NCBI RefSeq assembly: GCF_000012905.2
Contig: NC_007493.2
Coordinates: 1,710,001-1,742,000, forward strand
Length of the DNA stretch: 32,000 nt
Origin: Cereibacter sphaeroides 2.4.1
GTDB lineage: Bacteria; Pseudomonadota; Alphaproteobacteria; Rhodobacterales; Rhodobacteraceae
Reading direction: 5' to 3'
This document shows positions 25,225 through 32,000 of the stretch, in pieces. Numbering within the stretch: the stretch's first letter is position 1; each line of letters begins with the position of its first letter. A program made the translations under genes and the position numbers. Below the pieces are notes generated by a model. That model saw nothing but the letters and a program-made list of their open reading frames with translations, had not been told where the DNA came from and did not search any database.

Positions 25225-26043
25225 GTGACCGAGAGAATCGCCCCTGCCCCTACCTTCGCCGAGACGGCGCTGCCCCGGGCCGTGGCGCAGCGGATGCTCG
25301 CCCTCATCGACGCGCTCGGCGAATATGACGGGCGGCCGGCCTCGCACGCGCTCACGGGCATCCTGCGGCTGGCGGCGGGCCAGGCGCCCACCCTCGCCGA
25401 GCGCACGAGCCTGCAGATCGCGGGCCTGATCGAGCTGGATCACGGTCATCCCGTCCTGACCCCCGAGGGGCAGGCGGTGCTGGCCTGCGAGACGGAGAGC
25501 CAGCCCCAGCCGATGCTGCCCGAGCCGCAGCCCGAAGAGCCCGCCGCAGGCCCCGCCCCCTTCGCGCGTCTGAAGATCGGCGGCGCGGTCTACGAGATCG
25601 CGGGCTGGCCCGCCAGCGACGCGCTGGCCTTCCGCACCGAGCCCACCGCCGACTGGTGCGGGCTCGACGCCGACCTGGCGGCCGGCTGGTCCGAGATCGC
25701 GGCCGAGATCCTGCAGCGCACGCGGAACGCGCTCGAGGATTATGTGCGGATGCACATGATCCGGCGCCGCGAGGAGGAGGATCCGGCGGGCGGCAACGGC
25801 TTCGACCTCTACGGGATCGGCTGGGAAGTGCGCGAGGCGGGAGCAGCGCTTCTGCTGCGGCTGGACGGCGAGGCCGAGTGGCAGACGGTGCCCGCCCCGG
25901 CCCTCGCCCATGCGGCGGGCTTCCGCGAACGCGCGGCGGCCGCACTGGTGGCGCAGGTGCGCGACCTGCGCGAGCGGATCGGCGAGGATGTCCATGCCTG
26001 GGCGAAACGGCTCGCCGCAGGGGCGCTGGTCGAGCCGGTCTGA
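25225..26043 (+). CDS. Hypothetical protein: possible N-terminal winged-helix-like region, Pro/Glu-rich linker, unknown C-terminal domain
   Basis: 272 aa. GTG at 25225 with GACGGAGGA 4 nt upstream. High GC3. No family recognised. Convergent with fliA. Confidence 0.62.
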   Translation: MTERIAPAPTFAETALPRAVAQRMLALIDALGEYDGRPASHALTGILRLAAGQAPTLAERTSLQIAGLIELDHGHPVLTPEGQAVLACETESQPQPMLPEPQPEEPAAGPAPFARLKIGGAVYEIAGWPASDALAFRTEPTADWCGLDADLAAGWSEIAAEILQRTRNALEDYVRMHMIRRREEEDPAGGNGFDLYGIGWEVREAGAALLLRLDGEAEWQTVPAPALAHAAGFRERAAAALVAQVRDLRERIGEDVHAWAKRLAAGALVEPV

Positions 26044-26057
26044 CCCGCTTCGGGACA

Positions 26058-26088
26058 CCCTGCCATTCGCGAAGCGTGAATGGCAGGG
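26058..26088. terminator. Bidirectional terminator-like hairpin between the hypothetical gene and fliA
   Basis: CCCTGCCATTC (26058-26068) / GAATGGCAGGG (26078-26088), an 11-bp perfect stem with a 9-nt loop. No clear U-tract. Confidence 0.5.
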
Positions 26089-26178
26089 GCACGCCCCTCC
26101 GTCCGTCCTCGCGCCTGTGGAGGCGGCAGCCGCGGGTGTCCCGCGCGCCCGCGATGCTCGGATGGCAGGCGCGGACCT

Positions 26179-26898
26179 TCAGACCTCGCCCTGCAGGGCG
26201 TCGATCAGGCCCCGCAGCCGCTCGATGGCGGCCTTCTTGATCTGCGACACCCGGCCGGTCGTGACGCCGAGGATCTCGCCCACCTCATAAACGTTCAACT
26301 CCTCGACGAAGATGAGCTGCAGCAGCAGGGCCTCGCGTTCCGGCATCCTGCCCAGGGCCTGCCGCAGGAGCCCGCGCATCTGGCTGGCCTGCAGACGATC
26401 CTCGGCCGAGGGATCGTGGCCTTCGAACAGCGCGGACTGGTCGTCGTAGACCTCGTCCAGCGAGGCGGTCTGGCTGCCTGCGAACTGCGCGAGCCAGTCC
26501 TGATATTCGCCCACCGGCATCGACAGCTCGGCCGCCACCTCCGGCGTCTCGGGCGCGCGCATGAGCCGGCCCTCGAGACGCTGGACCGCGGCCTTGACCT
26601 TCTGCTGCATGAGGATCGTCGTACGGCACAGCGCCGAGTTCGAGCGCAGGAAATCCATGATCGAGCCGCGGATGCGGATGGCGGCATAGGCGGCGAAGCT
26701 CACGCCCTCGCGCGGCTCGTAGCGGCGGCTTGCATCCACGAGGCCCATGTAGCCCACCTGGATCAGGTCGTCGATCTCGACCTTGCGGCCGATCCGCGCG
26801 TGCAGGTTCCAGGCGATGCGCCGCACGAGGTCCATGTGGGCGCGCACCAGCCGCTCGGGCGTCTGGGTCTGCTCGGCATATCCGCGTGCATGGATCAT
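26179..26898 (-). CDS. fliA: Flagellar RNA polymerase sigma factor FliA (sigma-28)
   Basis: 239 aa. Region 2 (DDLIQVGYMGLVDASRRYEP...FAAYAAIRIRGSIMDFLR) and region 4 (LNVYEVGEILGVTTGRVSQIKKAAIERLR). The ATG at 26898 overlaps the upstream stop (ATGA). Confidence 0.92.
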   Translation of the reverse strand: MIHARGYAEQTQTPERLVRAHMDLVRRIAWNLHARIGRKVEIDDLIQVGYMGLVDASRRYEPREGVSFAAYAAIRIRGSIMDFLRSNSALCRTTILMQQKVKAAVQRLEGRLMRAPETPEVAAELSMPVGEYQDWLAQFAGSQTASLDEVYDDQSALFEGHDPSAEDRLQASQMRGLLRQALGRMPEREALLLQLIFVEELNVYEVGEILGVTTGRVSQIKKAAIERLRGLIDALQGEV

Positions 26899-27908
26899 GG
26901 CTCTTCCTCCTCTTGCGGGCGCGCCCATTCCCCGGCCCAGAGGCCCAGCCGGTCGCGATCCATGCGCCGCAGCGCGTCCACCACCCCCGCCCCGCCGCTC
27001 TCCCAGCCGAGGCGGAGGCCCGTCCCGGCCAGCGCCGCAAGCTCTGCCTCCTCCGGCGTCCAGAGATCGGTGCGCGTGAGGCAGACGCGCGTGCCGGCCG
27101 GCGCCACCGCCCACCGCGCGAGCGCGCGCGGCGCAAGGCCCGCGGGCAGCGCGAGCACCACCTCCGCCCCCGCCTCCATCAGCGCCCCGAGGAGCTCGGG
27201 CCCGGCATCGGGACGGCAGGAAAGATCCACGATCTCCGGCCGCAGCGGATCGGGCTCCTCGGCCAGCGCCAGATCGAGATCGGCGAGGGGCGGGCGGTCG
27301 AGCGGCAGCGCCAGAAGCCGCGTCCAGTGCCGGAGCCGCGCATCCACCGCCTCCGTCCCGAGGCGCGGGGCGAGGATCAGGGGCTCCACCCCCGGCCGCT
27401 CTTCCATCGCAAGGGCCGCAAAGCGCAGCGCGAGCAGCGTCTTGCCCGCCCCCGGCAGCCCCGCGATCACGAGGCGGGCGGGAATTCGCGGCGGCGCGTC
27501 CGGAAGAAGCCGGCAGGCCAGCGCCTCGAACCCGTGGGACGCCTCGGACCCCGGCCGGGGCGGGAGCCAGCTGCGCTCGGCCACCAGCGGAGCCCCCGTC
27601 AGGCGCTTGCGGTCCTCGAGCAGTTCGCCGAAGCTCTGCGCCCGCGGCACCGCCCGCAGGGGCGCCGCCTCGTCCTGCGGTGGGACGGTCAGGCCCGTGA
27701 GCGTCAACCGCCGCGGCGCGGGATCGGCCTCAGGCGGCTCCGGCTCGGCCGGGCGCACCGGAGGGGGCGGCAGGTCGCGCGCGGCGCGGATCTCGATCAG
27801 CCCGTCGCGCTGGCGGGTGGAGAGGATATAGGCCTCGGGCCCGAGGCGGCGGAGCACCTCCTCCATGGCCTGCTGGCTGTCGGGCGCGCGGACGGTCAGG
27901 ATGCCCAT
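26895..27908 (-). CDS. flhF: FlhF-like protein (short, divergent SRP-type GTPase homologue)
   Basis: 337 aa. N-terminus MGILTVRAPDSQQAMEEVLRRLGPEAYILSTRQRDGLIEIRAA resembles the FlhF B-domain start. It has a Pro-rich linker and the P-loop GLPGAGKT. It sits between flhA and fliA, as flhF does in gammaproteobacterial clusters. Confidence 0.7.
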   Translation of the reverse strand: MGILTVRAPDSQQAMEEVLRRLGPEAYILSTRQRDGLIEIRAARDLPPPPVRPAEPEPPEADPAPRRLTLTGLTVPPQDEAAPLRAVPRAQSFGELLEDRKRLTGAPLVAERSWLPPRPGSEASHGFEALACRLLPDAPPRIPARLVIAGLPGAGKTLLALRFAALAMEERPGVEPLILAPRLGTEAVDARLRHWTRLLALPLDRPPLADLDLALAEEPDPLRPEIVDLSCRPDAGPELLGALMEAGAEVVLALPAGLAPRALARWAVAPAGTRVCLTRTDLWTPEEAELAALAGTGLRLGWESGGAGVVDALRRMDRDRLGLWAGEWARPQEEEEP

Positions 27909-27911
27909 GGT

Positions 27912-30026
27912 CTACCTCGCCGCCCCCGGCGGCAGCGCGGGCGCGCCGCCGACCGTGCCCAGCACCTCGACGCGGCGGGCCTCGGGCAGCTCGCCCATGC
28001 CGATCACCACCGCATCGGGCAGATGCGGGCGCACGAAGGCCGCGAAGGCGCGCCGGAGCGGCTGGGCCACGATCACCGCGGCCTGCTTGCCCTGTCCCGA
28101 GGCGGTCTCGAGCCGCTCGGAAAGCGCCGTCAGCAGCGACTGCGCCAGACCGTTGTCCACCAGAAGCATCTCGTCGCCCTGCCGGCGCGAGCGCAGCAGG
28201 AGCTGCTCGAGATCTGGCTCGAGCGTGATCAGCGGCAGCGGCTGGCTGACCGAGCCCATCTGCTGCAGGAGGAGCGGGACGAGCGCCGGACGCAGCGCCT
28301 CGGCCATGTCGGCAGGCTGCAGGCTCCGCCCGGCCAGATCGGACAGACCCTCGAGGATGCGCCGCATGTCCGAGACCGGGATCCGGTCGGCCAGCAGCGC
28401 CTTGAGCACCGCCGTCAGGACGTGAAGCGGAACGAGCTTCGGCACCACCGACTGCACCAGGGTGGGCGCTGTGCGGGCGAGGTTGTCCACCAGCCCCTGC
28501 ACGTCGTCCTGCCCGATCAGCTGCGCCGCGTGCTTGACGAGGATCTGGCTCAGATGGGTCGCGATCACCGACTCGGGCTCGACCACCACATGATCGTCCG
28601 CCTCGGCCTCGGCCACCTGATGCGGCAGGATCCACGAGGCCTCGAGACCGAAACTCGGATCGCGCACCGCGATCCCGTTCAGCTTGCGCCGCGAGGCGCC
28701 GCCGGGCAGCGCGAGCTTGCGGTCGGGATAGACCGTGTCCTCGGCGAGGATCGCCTGCCCCACCCGGATCCGATACTGGTTCGGCGCGAGGCCCAGATCG
28801 TCGCGGATGCGCACGCCCGGCACCACGAAGCCGAGCGCCTTCGACACGTCGCGCCGGATCGCCGTGATCCGCGCCACCAGCGCCCCGCCGTTGTCGCCCG
28901 CAAGCGGGATGAGCCCGTAGCCGATCTGAAGCGAGATGGGCGCGTAATCGGTCACATCCTCGGTGGTGATCGCCTCGGGCCCGGGTGCCGCCCCCGCCTC
29001 AACCGCGGGCTGCGCCCCCCCGGCCGCAGCCGTGCCCTTCGCCCCCGCCCCCTCGCGCGCGAAGGCGACCCAGGCCATGGCAGCGGCAGCGGCCCCGCCC
29101 AAGAGGAACAGCAGGTTGGGCATCCCGGGCGTGAGCCCGAGGATCAGCATGACCGCCGCCACCGGCACCCAGGCCCGGCCGATGCCCATCTGCTTGCCGA
29201 TCAGCACGCTCATGTCCGTGGTCGAGGAGACGCGCGTGACGATGATCGCCGTCGCGATCGACAGGAGGAGCGAGGGGATCTGCGCCACGAGCCCGTCGCC
29301 GATCGAGAGCAGCACATAGGTCTCGGCCGCCTGCATCACCCCCAGCCCGTGCTGGAGCGTGCCGATGATGATGCCGCCCACGATGTTGATGATGAGGATC
29401 AGGATCCCCGCCATCGCATCGCCCTTCACGAATTTCGAGGCCCCGTCCATGGCGCCGTAGAAATCCGCTTCGGCGGCCACGTCCGCGCGGCGCTCGCGTG
29501 CCTCGTCGGGGTTCAGGAGGCCCGCGTTCAGGTCGGCATCGATGGCCATCTGCTTGCCGGGCATCGCGTCGAGCGTGAAGCGCGCGGACACCTCGGACAC
29601 CCGCCCCGCACCCTTGGTGATGACGACGAGGTTGATGATGACGAGGATCGCGAAGACGAAGGCGCCCACGACGAAATTGCCGCCGATCACGAACGAGCCG
29701 AAGGCCTCGATGACCTTGCCCGCCGCATCGTGGCCCGTATGGCCGTGGCTCAGCACGATCCGCGTCGAGGCCACGTTCAGCGCCAGCCGCAGCACCGTCG
29801 CCACCAGCAGGATGCTCGGGAAGCTCGAGAAATCGAGCGGCCGGAAGGTGTGCAGCGCCACCATCAGGATCACGAGCGACAACAGGATGTTGCCCACGAA
29901 GAAGAGGTCGAGCAGCGCCACCGGCAGCGGCAGCACCATCATCGCGACCACGGCGAGGATGCCCAGCGGCAGCGTCATGCCGCCGAGCCGCGCGCCCCAG
30001 CCATCGCGGGCAGCGACGGCGCTCAT
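27912..30026 (-). CDS. flhA: Flagellar type III export apparatus protein FlhA
   Basis: 704 aa from the verified ATG at 30026. Conserved N-terminal TM region (MMVLPLP...FPSILLVATVLRLALNVASTRIVL) and cytoplasmic domain. The track ORF has a 137-codon upstream extension that runs across the promoter region. Confidence 0.95.
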   Translation of the reverse strand: MSAVAARDGWGARLGGMTLPLGILAVVAMMVLPLPVALLDLFFVGNILLSLVILMVALHTFRPLDFSSFPSILLVATVLRLALNVASTRIVLSHGHTGHDAAGKVIEAFGSFVIGGNFVVGAFVFAILVIINLVVITKGAGRVSEVSARFTLDAMPGKQMAIDADLNAGLLNPDEARERRADVAAEADFYGAMDGASKFVKGDAMAGILILIINIVGGIIIGTLQHGLGVMQAAETYVLLSIGDGLVAQIPSLLLSIATAIIVTRVSSTTDMSVLIGKQMGIGRAWVPVAAVMLILGLTPGMPNLLFLLGGAAAAAMAWVAFAREGAGAKGTAAAGGAQPAVEAGAAPGPEAITTEDVTDYAPISLQIGYGLIPLAGDNGGALVARITAIRRDVSKALGFVVPGVRIRDDLGLAPNQYRIRVGQAILAEDTVYPDRKLALPGGASRRKLNGIAVRDPSFGLEASWILPHQVAEAEADDHVVVEPESVIATHLSQILVKHAAQLIGQDDVQGLVDNLARTAPTLVQSVVPKLVPLHVLTAVLKALLADRIPVSDMRRILEGLSDLAGRSLQPADMAEALRPALVPLLLQQMGSVSQPLPLITLEPDLEQLLLRSRRQGDEMLLVDNGLAQSLLTALSERLETASGQGKQAAVIVAQPLRRAFAAFVRPHLPDAVVIGMGELPEARRVEVLGTVGGAPALPPGAAR

Positions 30027-30094
30027 CCGTGAAACTCGGAGGCAGGGGAAGACGGCATCGGGCTCACTCGCTGGATCGTTGCTGCGCCTCCCGC

Positions 30095-30110
30095 TGCAAG
30101 CGCCGTGCCA
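30095..30110 (-). promoter_or_regulatory. Sigma-54 promoter for flhA-flhF-fliA (TGGCAC-GGCGC-TTGCA on the minus strand)
   Basis: Perfect match to the TGGCAC-N5-TTGCW consensus. The -12 element is about 70 nt upstream of the flhA ATG. Confidence 0.75.
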
Positions 30111-30160
30111 GCGGCGGCGGGCCCGGCCCTGTCCGCCCCCGAGGCAGGACCCCGCGGTTC

Positions 30161-30176
30161 TGGCACGGCGCTTGCA
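30161..30176 (+). promoter_or_regulatory. Sigma-54 promoter for flgP-flgT-flgA (TGGCAC-GGCGC-TTGCA)
   Basis: Perfect consensus match. The -12 element is about 38 nt upstream of the flgP ATG at 30214. The 16-mer is identical to the one at 30095-30110 on the opposite strand. Confidence 0.8.
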
Positions 30177-30213
30177 CCCCGCTGGCCGAGACCTGCGCCC
30201 GAGGAGGCCCGCC

Positions 30214-30747
30214 ATGCCCGTCCGTCCGCCCTCCGTCCGCCTTGCCGGACTGGTCCTGCCGATGCTCGCAGCCTGCGCGCCGGGGCCGCGCGCGGTCGAT
30301 GCGCTGCCCGCCGACGCGGGCCCCCGCGTGGCCGAGCTTGCGCGGATGAAGGATGCCAACGACAGGCTCGACGGGCGGAGCGCAGGCCGAAGCGCGGGCC
30401 TCATCGCGGTGACGCCGAAGCCGCTCGTGACCGGCATCGGATTTGCCGCCGTCGCGGGCCAGCCGGGTCACACGCTGAACGAGCGCCGCCTGATAGCCAT
30501 CCGCGCCGCCAAGATCGAGGCGATGCGCGATCTGGCCGAGCAGGTGCATGGCCTCCGTCTCGATGCGCGCACCACAGTGCGCGATGCGGTGGCGGTGGAC
30601 GACCAGATCGCGGGCGCGGTCGCGGGCACCATCCGGGGCGCGCGGCTCGTGCGCGTCACGCCGAAGGGCAGCGACAGCTACGAGGTCGAGCTCGCCCTCG
30701 ACGCCGATGCGGTGGGCTATATCGTGAAGGCGGCACGGCAGCGGTGA
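30214..30747 (+). CDS. flgP: FlgP / LPP20-family flagellar outer-membrane lipoprotein (H-ring component type)
   Basis: 177 aa. ATG at 30214 with GAGGAGG upstream. Lipoprotein signal LVLPMLAAC. The C-terminal region (RLIAIRAAKIEAMRDLAEQVHGLRLDARTTV...YEVELALD) matches the LPP20/FlgP pattern. Confidence 0.78.
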   Translation: MPVRPPSVRLAGLVLPMLAACAPGPRAVDALPADAGPRVAELARMKDANDRLDGRSAGRSAGLIAVTPKPLVTGIGFAAVAGQPGHTLNERRLIAIRAAKIEAMRDLAEQVHGLRLDARTTVRDAVAVDDQIAGAVAGTIRGARLVRVTPKGSDSYEVELALDADAVGYIVKAARQR

Positions 30748-31829
30748 GACGGCTTCTCCTCCTCCTCCTCGCGCTCCTCCTCGCGCCTCTGGCCGCCTCG
30801 GCCGACAGCCCCGCCGTCCGGGTCGAGGCCGAGGGCTTCGCCATGGTCGCGGGCCCCGGAGACCGCGATGCCGCCCGCCGCCGCGCCGTGTCCGACGCGC
30901 TGCTCGCCGCGGCCCTTGCGGCCGGGGCGGATGTCTCGGGCCACACGGCCGTCAACCGCGGCATCGTCACCTCCGACGTGGCCATCGTGCGCAGCGTGGG
31001 CCGGATCCTGCGCCACCGGATCCTCTCCGAGACGCTGAGCGGCGCCACCTGGCGCGTGCGGATCGAGGCGCTGGTGGGCGAAGGGCCGGGGCCGCTCTGC
31101 CCGGTGCGCACGCTGATCGTCACCGCCTACCCCGCCACCCTCGCCGTCGATCCGCATGCGCCCGCATGGTCGGGCGAGCTGGCCCGGACCATCGCGGAGC
31201 GGCTGGTCGAGCGGCTGGCCCTCCATCCGGCGGCCTCCCTCTCCCGCGTGGCCGAGCGGCGGCCCACGCGCCTCGGGCGCGGCGGCGAGGCCTTCGACTA
31301 CCAGAGCCTCACGCAGGGCTCGGTGCGCCTGCCCGCCAACGGCCACGGCTTCCTGCCCACCATCCGCCTCCGCCGCGTGGCCGGCCCGCGCCTCGAGCTC
31401 GCGCTCGAGCTGAAGCTGGTGGCCGCCGACGGCACGGCCTCGGTGCAGCAGTTCGTCCGCCGCGTGCCCCTGCCCCGGCCCTCGCTTCTGGGAGACCTCT
31501 CGGTCCTCGTCCAGCCGCAGCGCGAGGCGCTGGCTTCGGCGCTGCTCGAAGGCTCCGACCGGGCGCTCGACGCGCTCTTCGACCGCGCGGGCTGCGAGCC
31601 CGCCTCGGCGCGGCTCGTGGCGGCGGGGGGCCTTCTCGAGGTGCCGGTGGGACAGGCCAACGGCCTCACGCCGGGCAGCCTCGCCTTCACCGCGGACGGC
31701 GGCTCGACCGAGATCCTCGAGATCGTGGCGCTCCGGTCCGGGTCGGCACGGCTCCGGCCGCTCGATCCCACGCGCCCGCCCGCCGCCTTCGCCGGCCGCC
31801 GCGTGCAGTTCGTGGAGACCGGCCGGTGA
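30744..31829 (+). CDS. flgT: FlgT-like flagellar assembly protein (distant homologue)
   Basis: 361 aa. GTG at 30744 overlaps the flgP stop (GTGA). Signal peptide LLLLLLALLLAPLAASA. N-terminal EAEGFAMV...RDAARRRAVSDALLAAALAAG resembles the FlgT_N/LPP20-like fold. The length and three-part layout fit FlgT. Confidence 0.65.
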   Translation: MRRLLLLLLALLLAPLAASADSPAVRVEAEGFAMVAGPGDRDAARRRAVSDALLAAALAAGADVSGHTAVNRGIVTSDVAIVRSVGRILRHRILSETLSGATWRVRIEALVGEGPGPLCPVRTLIVTAYPATLAVDPHAPAWSGELARTIAERLVERLALHPAASLSRVAERRPTRLGRGGEAFDYQSLTQGSVRLPANGHGFLPTIRLRRVAGPRLELALELKLVAADGTASVQQFVRRVPLPRPSLLGDLSVLVQPQREALASALLEGSDRALDALFDRAGCEPASARLVAAGGLLEVPVGQANGLTPGSLAFTADGGSTEILEIVALRSGSARLRPLDPTRPPAAFAGRRVQFVETGR

Positions 31830-32000
31830 GCGTGCGTCTGCTTCCGCTTCTCCTCCTGCTGGCCGCACCGGCCGCGGCGCAGGGCCTTTCCGGCGCCGAG
31901 ACCGCGGCGCTGGTCGCCGCCGCGATGGCACGCGCGGGCGTGCCGGGCGCGCCGCCGGTGCCGGTGCGCGCCCTGCCGCCCTGCAGCCACACGCCCCATG
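31826..32000 (+). CDS. flgA: Flagellar P-ring assembly chaperone FlgA (N-terminal fragment, continues beyond window)
   Basis: GTG at 31826 overlaps the flgT stop (GTGA). Hand translation gives VSVRLLPLLLLLAAPAAAQGLSGAETAALVAAAMARAGVPGAPPVPVRALPPCSHTP. This is a signal peptide plus the conserved LPPC motif seen near the N-terminus of E. coli FlgA. Confidence 0.55.
   Translation, partial: MSVRLLPLLLLLAAPAAAQGLSGAETAALVAAAMARAGVPGAPPVPVRALPPCSHTPH

Noticed and set aside
26730-30032. 1100-aa plus-strand ORF opposite flhF-like and flhA
   Set aside because: It is antisense to strongly supported flagellar genes, has an extreme Arg/Gly/Pro bias and shows no recognisable domain.
29542-30213. Long upstream extension of the flgP ORF (track 29542..30747), and the corresponding flhA extension to 30437
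   Set aside because: The two extensions overlap each other and the sigma-54 promoter pair. The lipoprotein signal peptide with an RBS at 30214, and the conserved FlhA N-terminus at 30026, define the real starts.
1-32000. Search for tRNA, rRNA, CRISPR arrays, IS elements, integrases, toxin-antitoxin pairs or recognisable defence genes
   Set aside because: I found no T-arm/anticodon-arm patterns, no spaced direct-repeat arrays, no transposase-, integrase- or nuclease-like ORFs and no terminal inverted repeats by eye. The absence is by manual inspection only.

Overview
The window is a visibly GC-rich (GC content not computed) alphaproteobacterial chromosomal segment. Gene content and protein sequences look Rhodobacter/Cereibacter-like, but that is judged from memory, not from a search. 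I support about 30 protein genes. I found no rRNA, tRNA, CRISPR array, transposase or integrase. Many long ORFs in the six-frame track are antisense or out-of-frame artefacts of the high GC content. Several track starts are GTG or TTG, so I re-derived starts from the nucleotides.

**Left part (1-9.1 kb):**
- FadL-type outer-membrane protein (5' partial) and an EamA transporter.
- An uncharacterised P-loop protein packed tightly against metA.
- A lipoprotein alpha/beta hydrolase, then PPK2 and a TetR regulator.
- A PotBCA-like ABC importer operon with no binding-protein gene.

**Centre (9.4-22 kb):**
- A MocR-type PLP regulator divergent from a DUF1127 small protein, then a DUF1003 protein.
- rplM-rpsI and an SseB-family gene.
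- A 575-bp lower-GC gap containing an orphan terminator hairpin.
- A small nucleotide-sugar module: RmlC-like cupin, SAF-domain oxidoreductase and extended-SDR epimerase.
- An unknown 263-aa protein, an SDR and an acetyl-CoA hydrolase/transferase.

**Right part (22-32 kb), motility neighbourhood:**
- A PAS-GGDEF-EAL protein preceded by an untracked 57-aa membrane ORF.
- An orphan 272-aa protein next to fliA.
- The operon flhA / flhF-like / fliA, divergent from flgP-flgT-flgA (gammaproteobacterial-type H-ring genes).

**Most interesting observations:**
- Two identical 16-nt sigma-54 promoters sit back to back between flhA and flgP.
- The FlhF-like protein has degenerate GTPase motifs and there is no flhG.
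- The orphan protein beside fliA has a weak sigma-28-like promoter.
- There are orphan terminator / candidate sRNA loci at about 14.4 kb and 25.1 kb.
- An ATTGTAT/GTATCA repeat array lies between the MocR regulator and the DUF1127 gene.

I did not find a clear self-contained novel multi-gene system. The candidates above are single genes or regulatory architecture.
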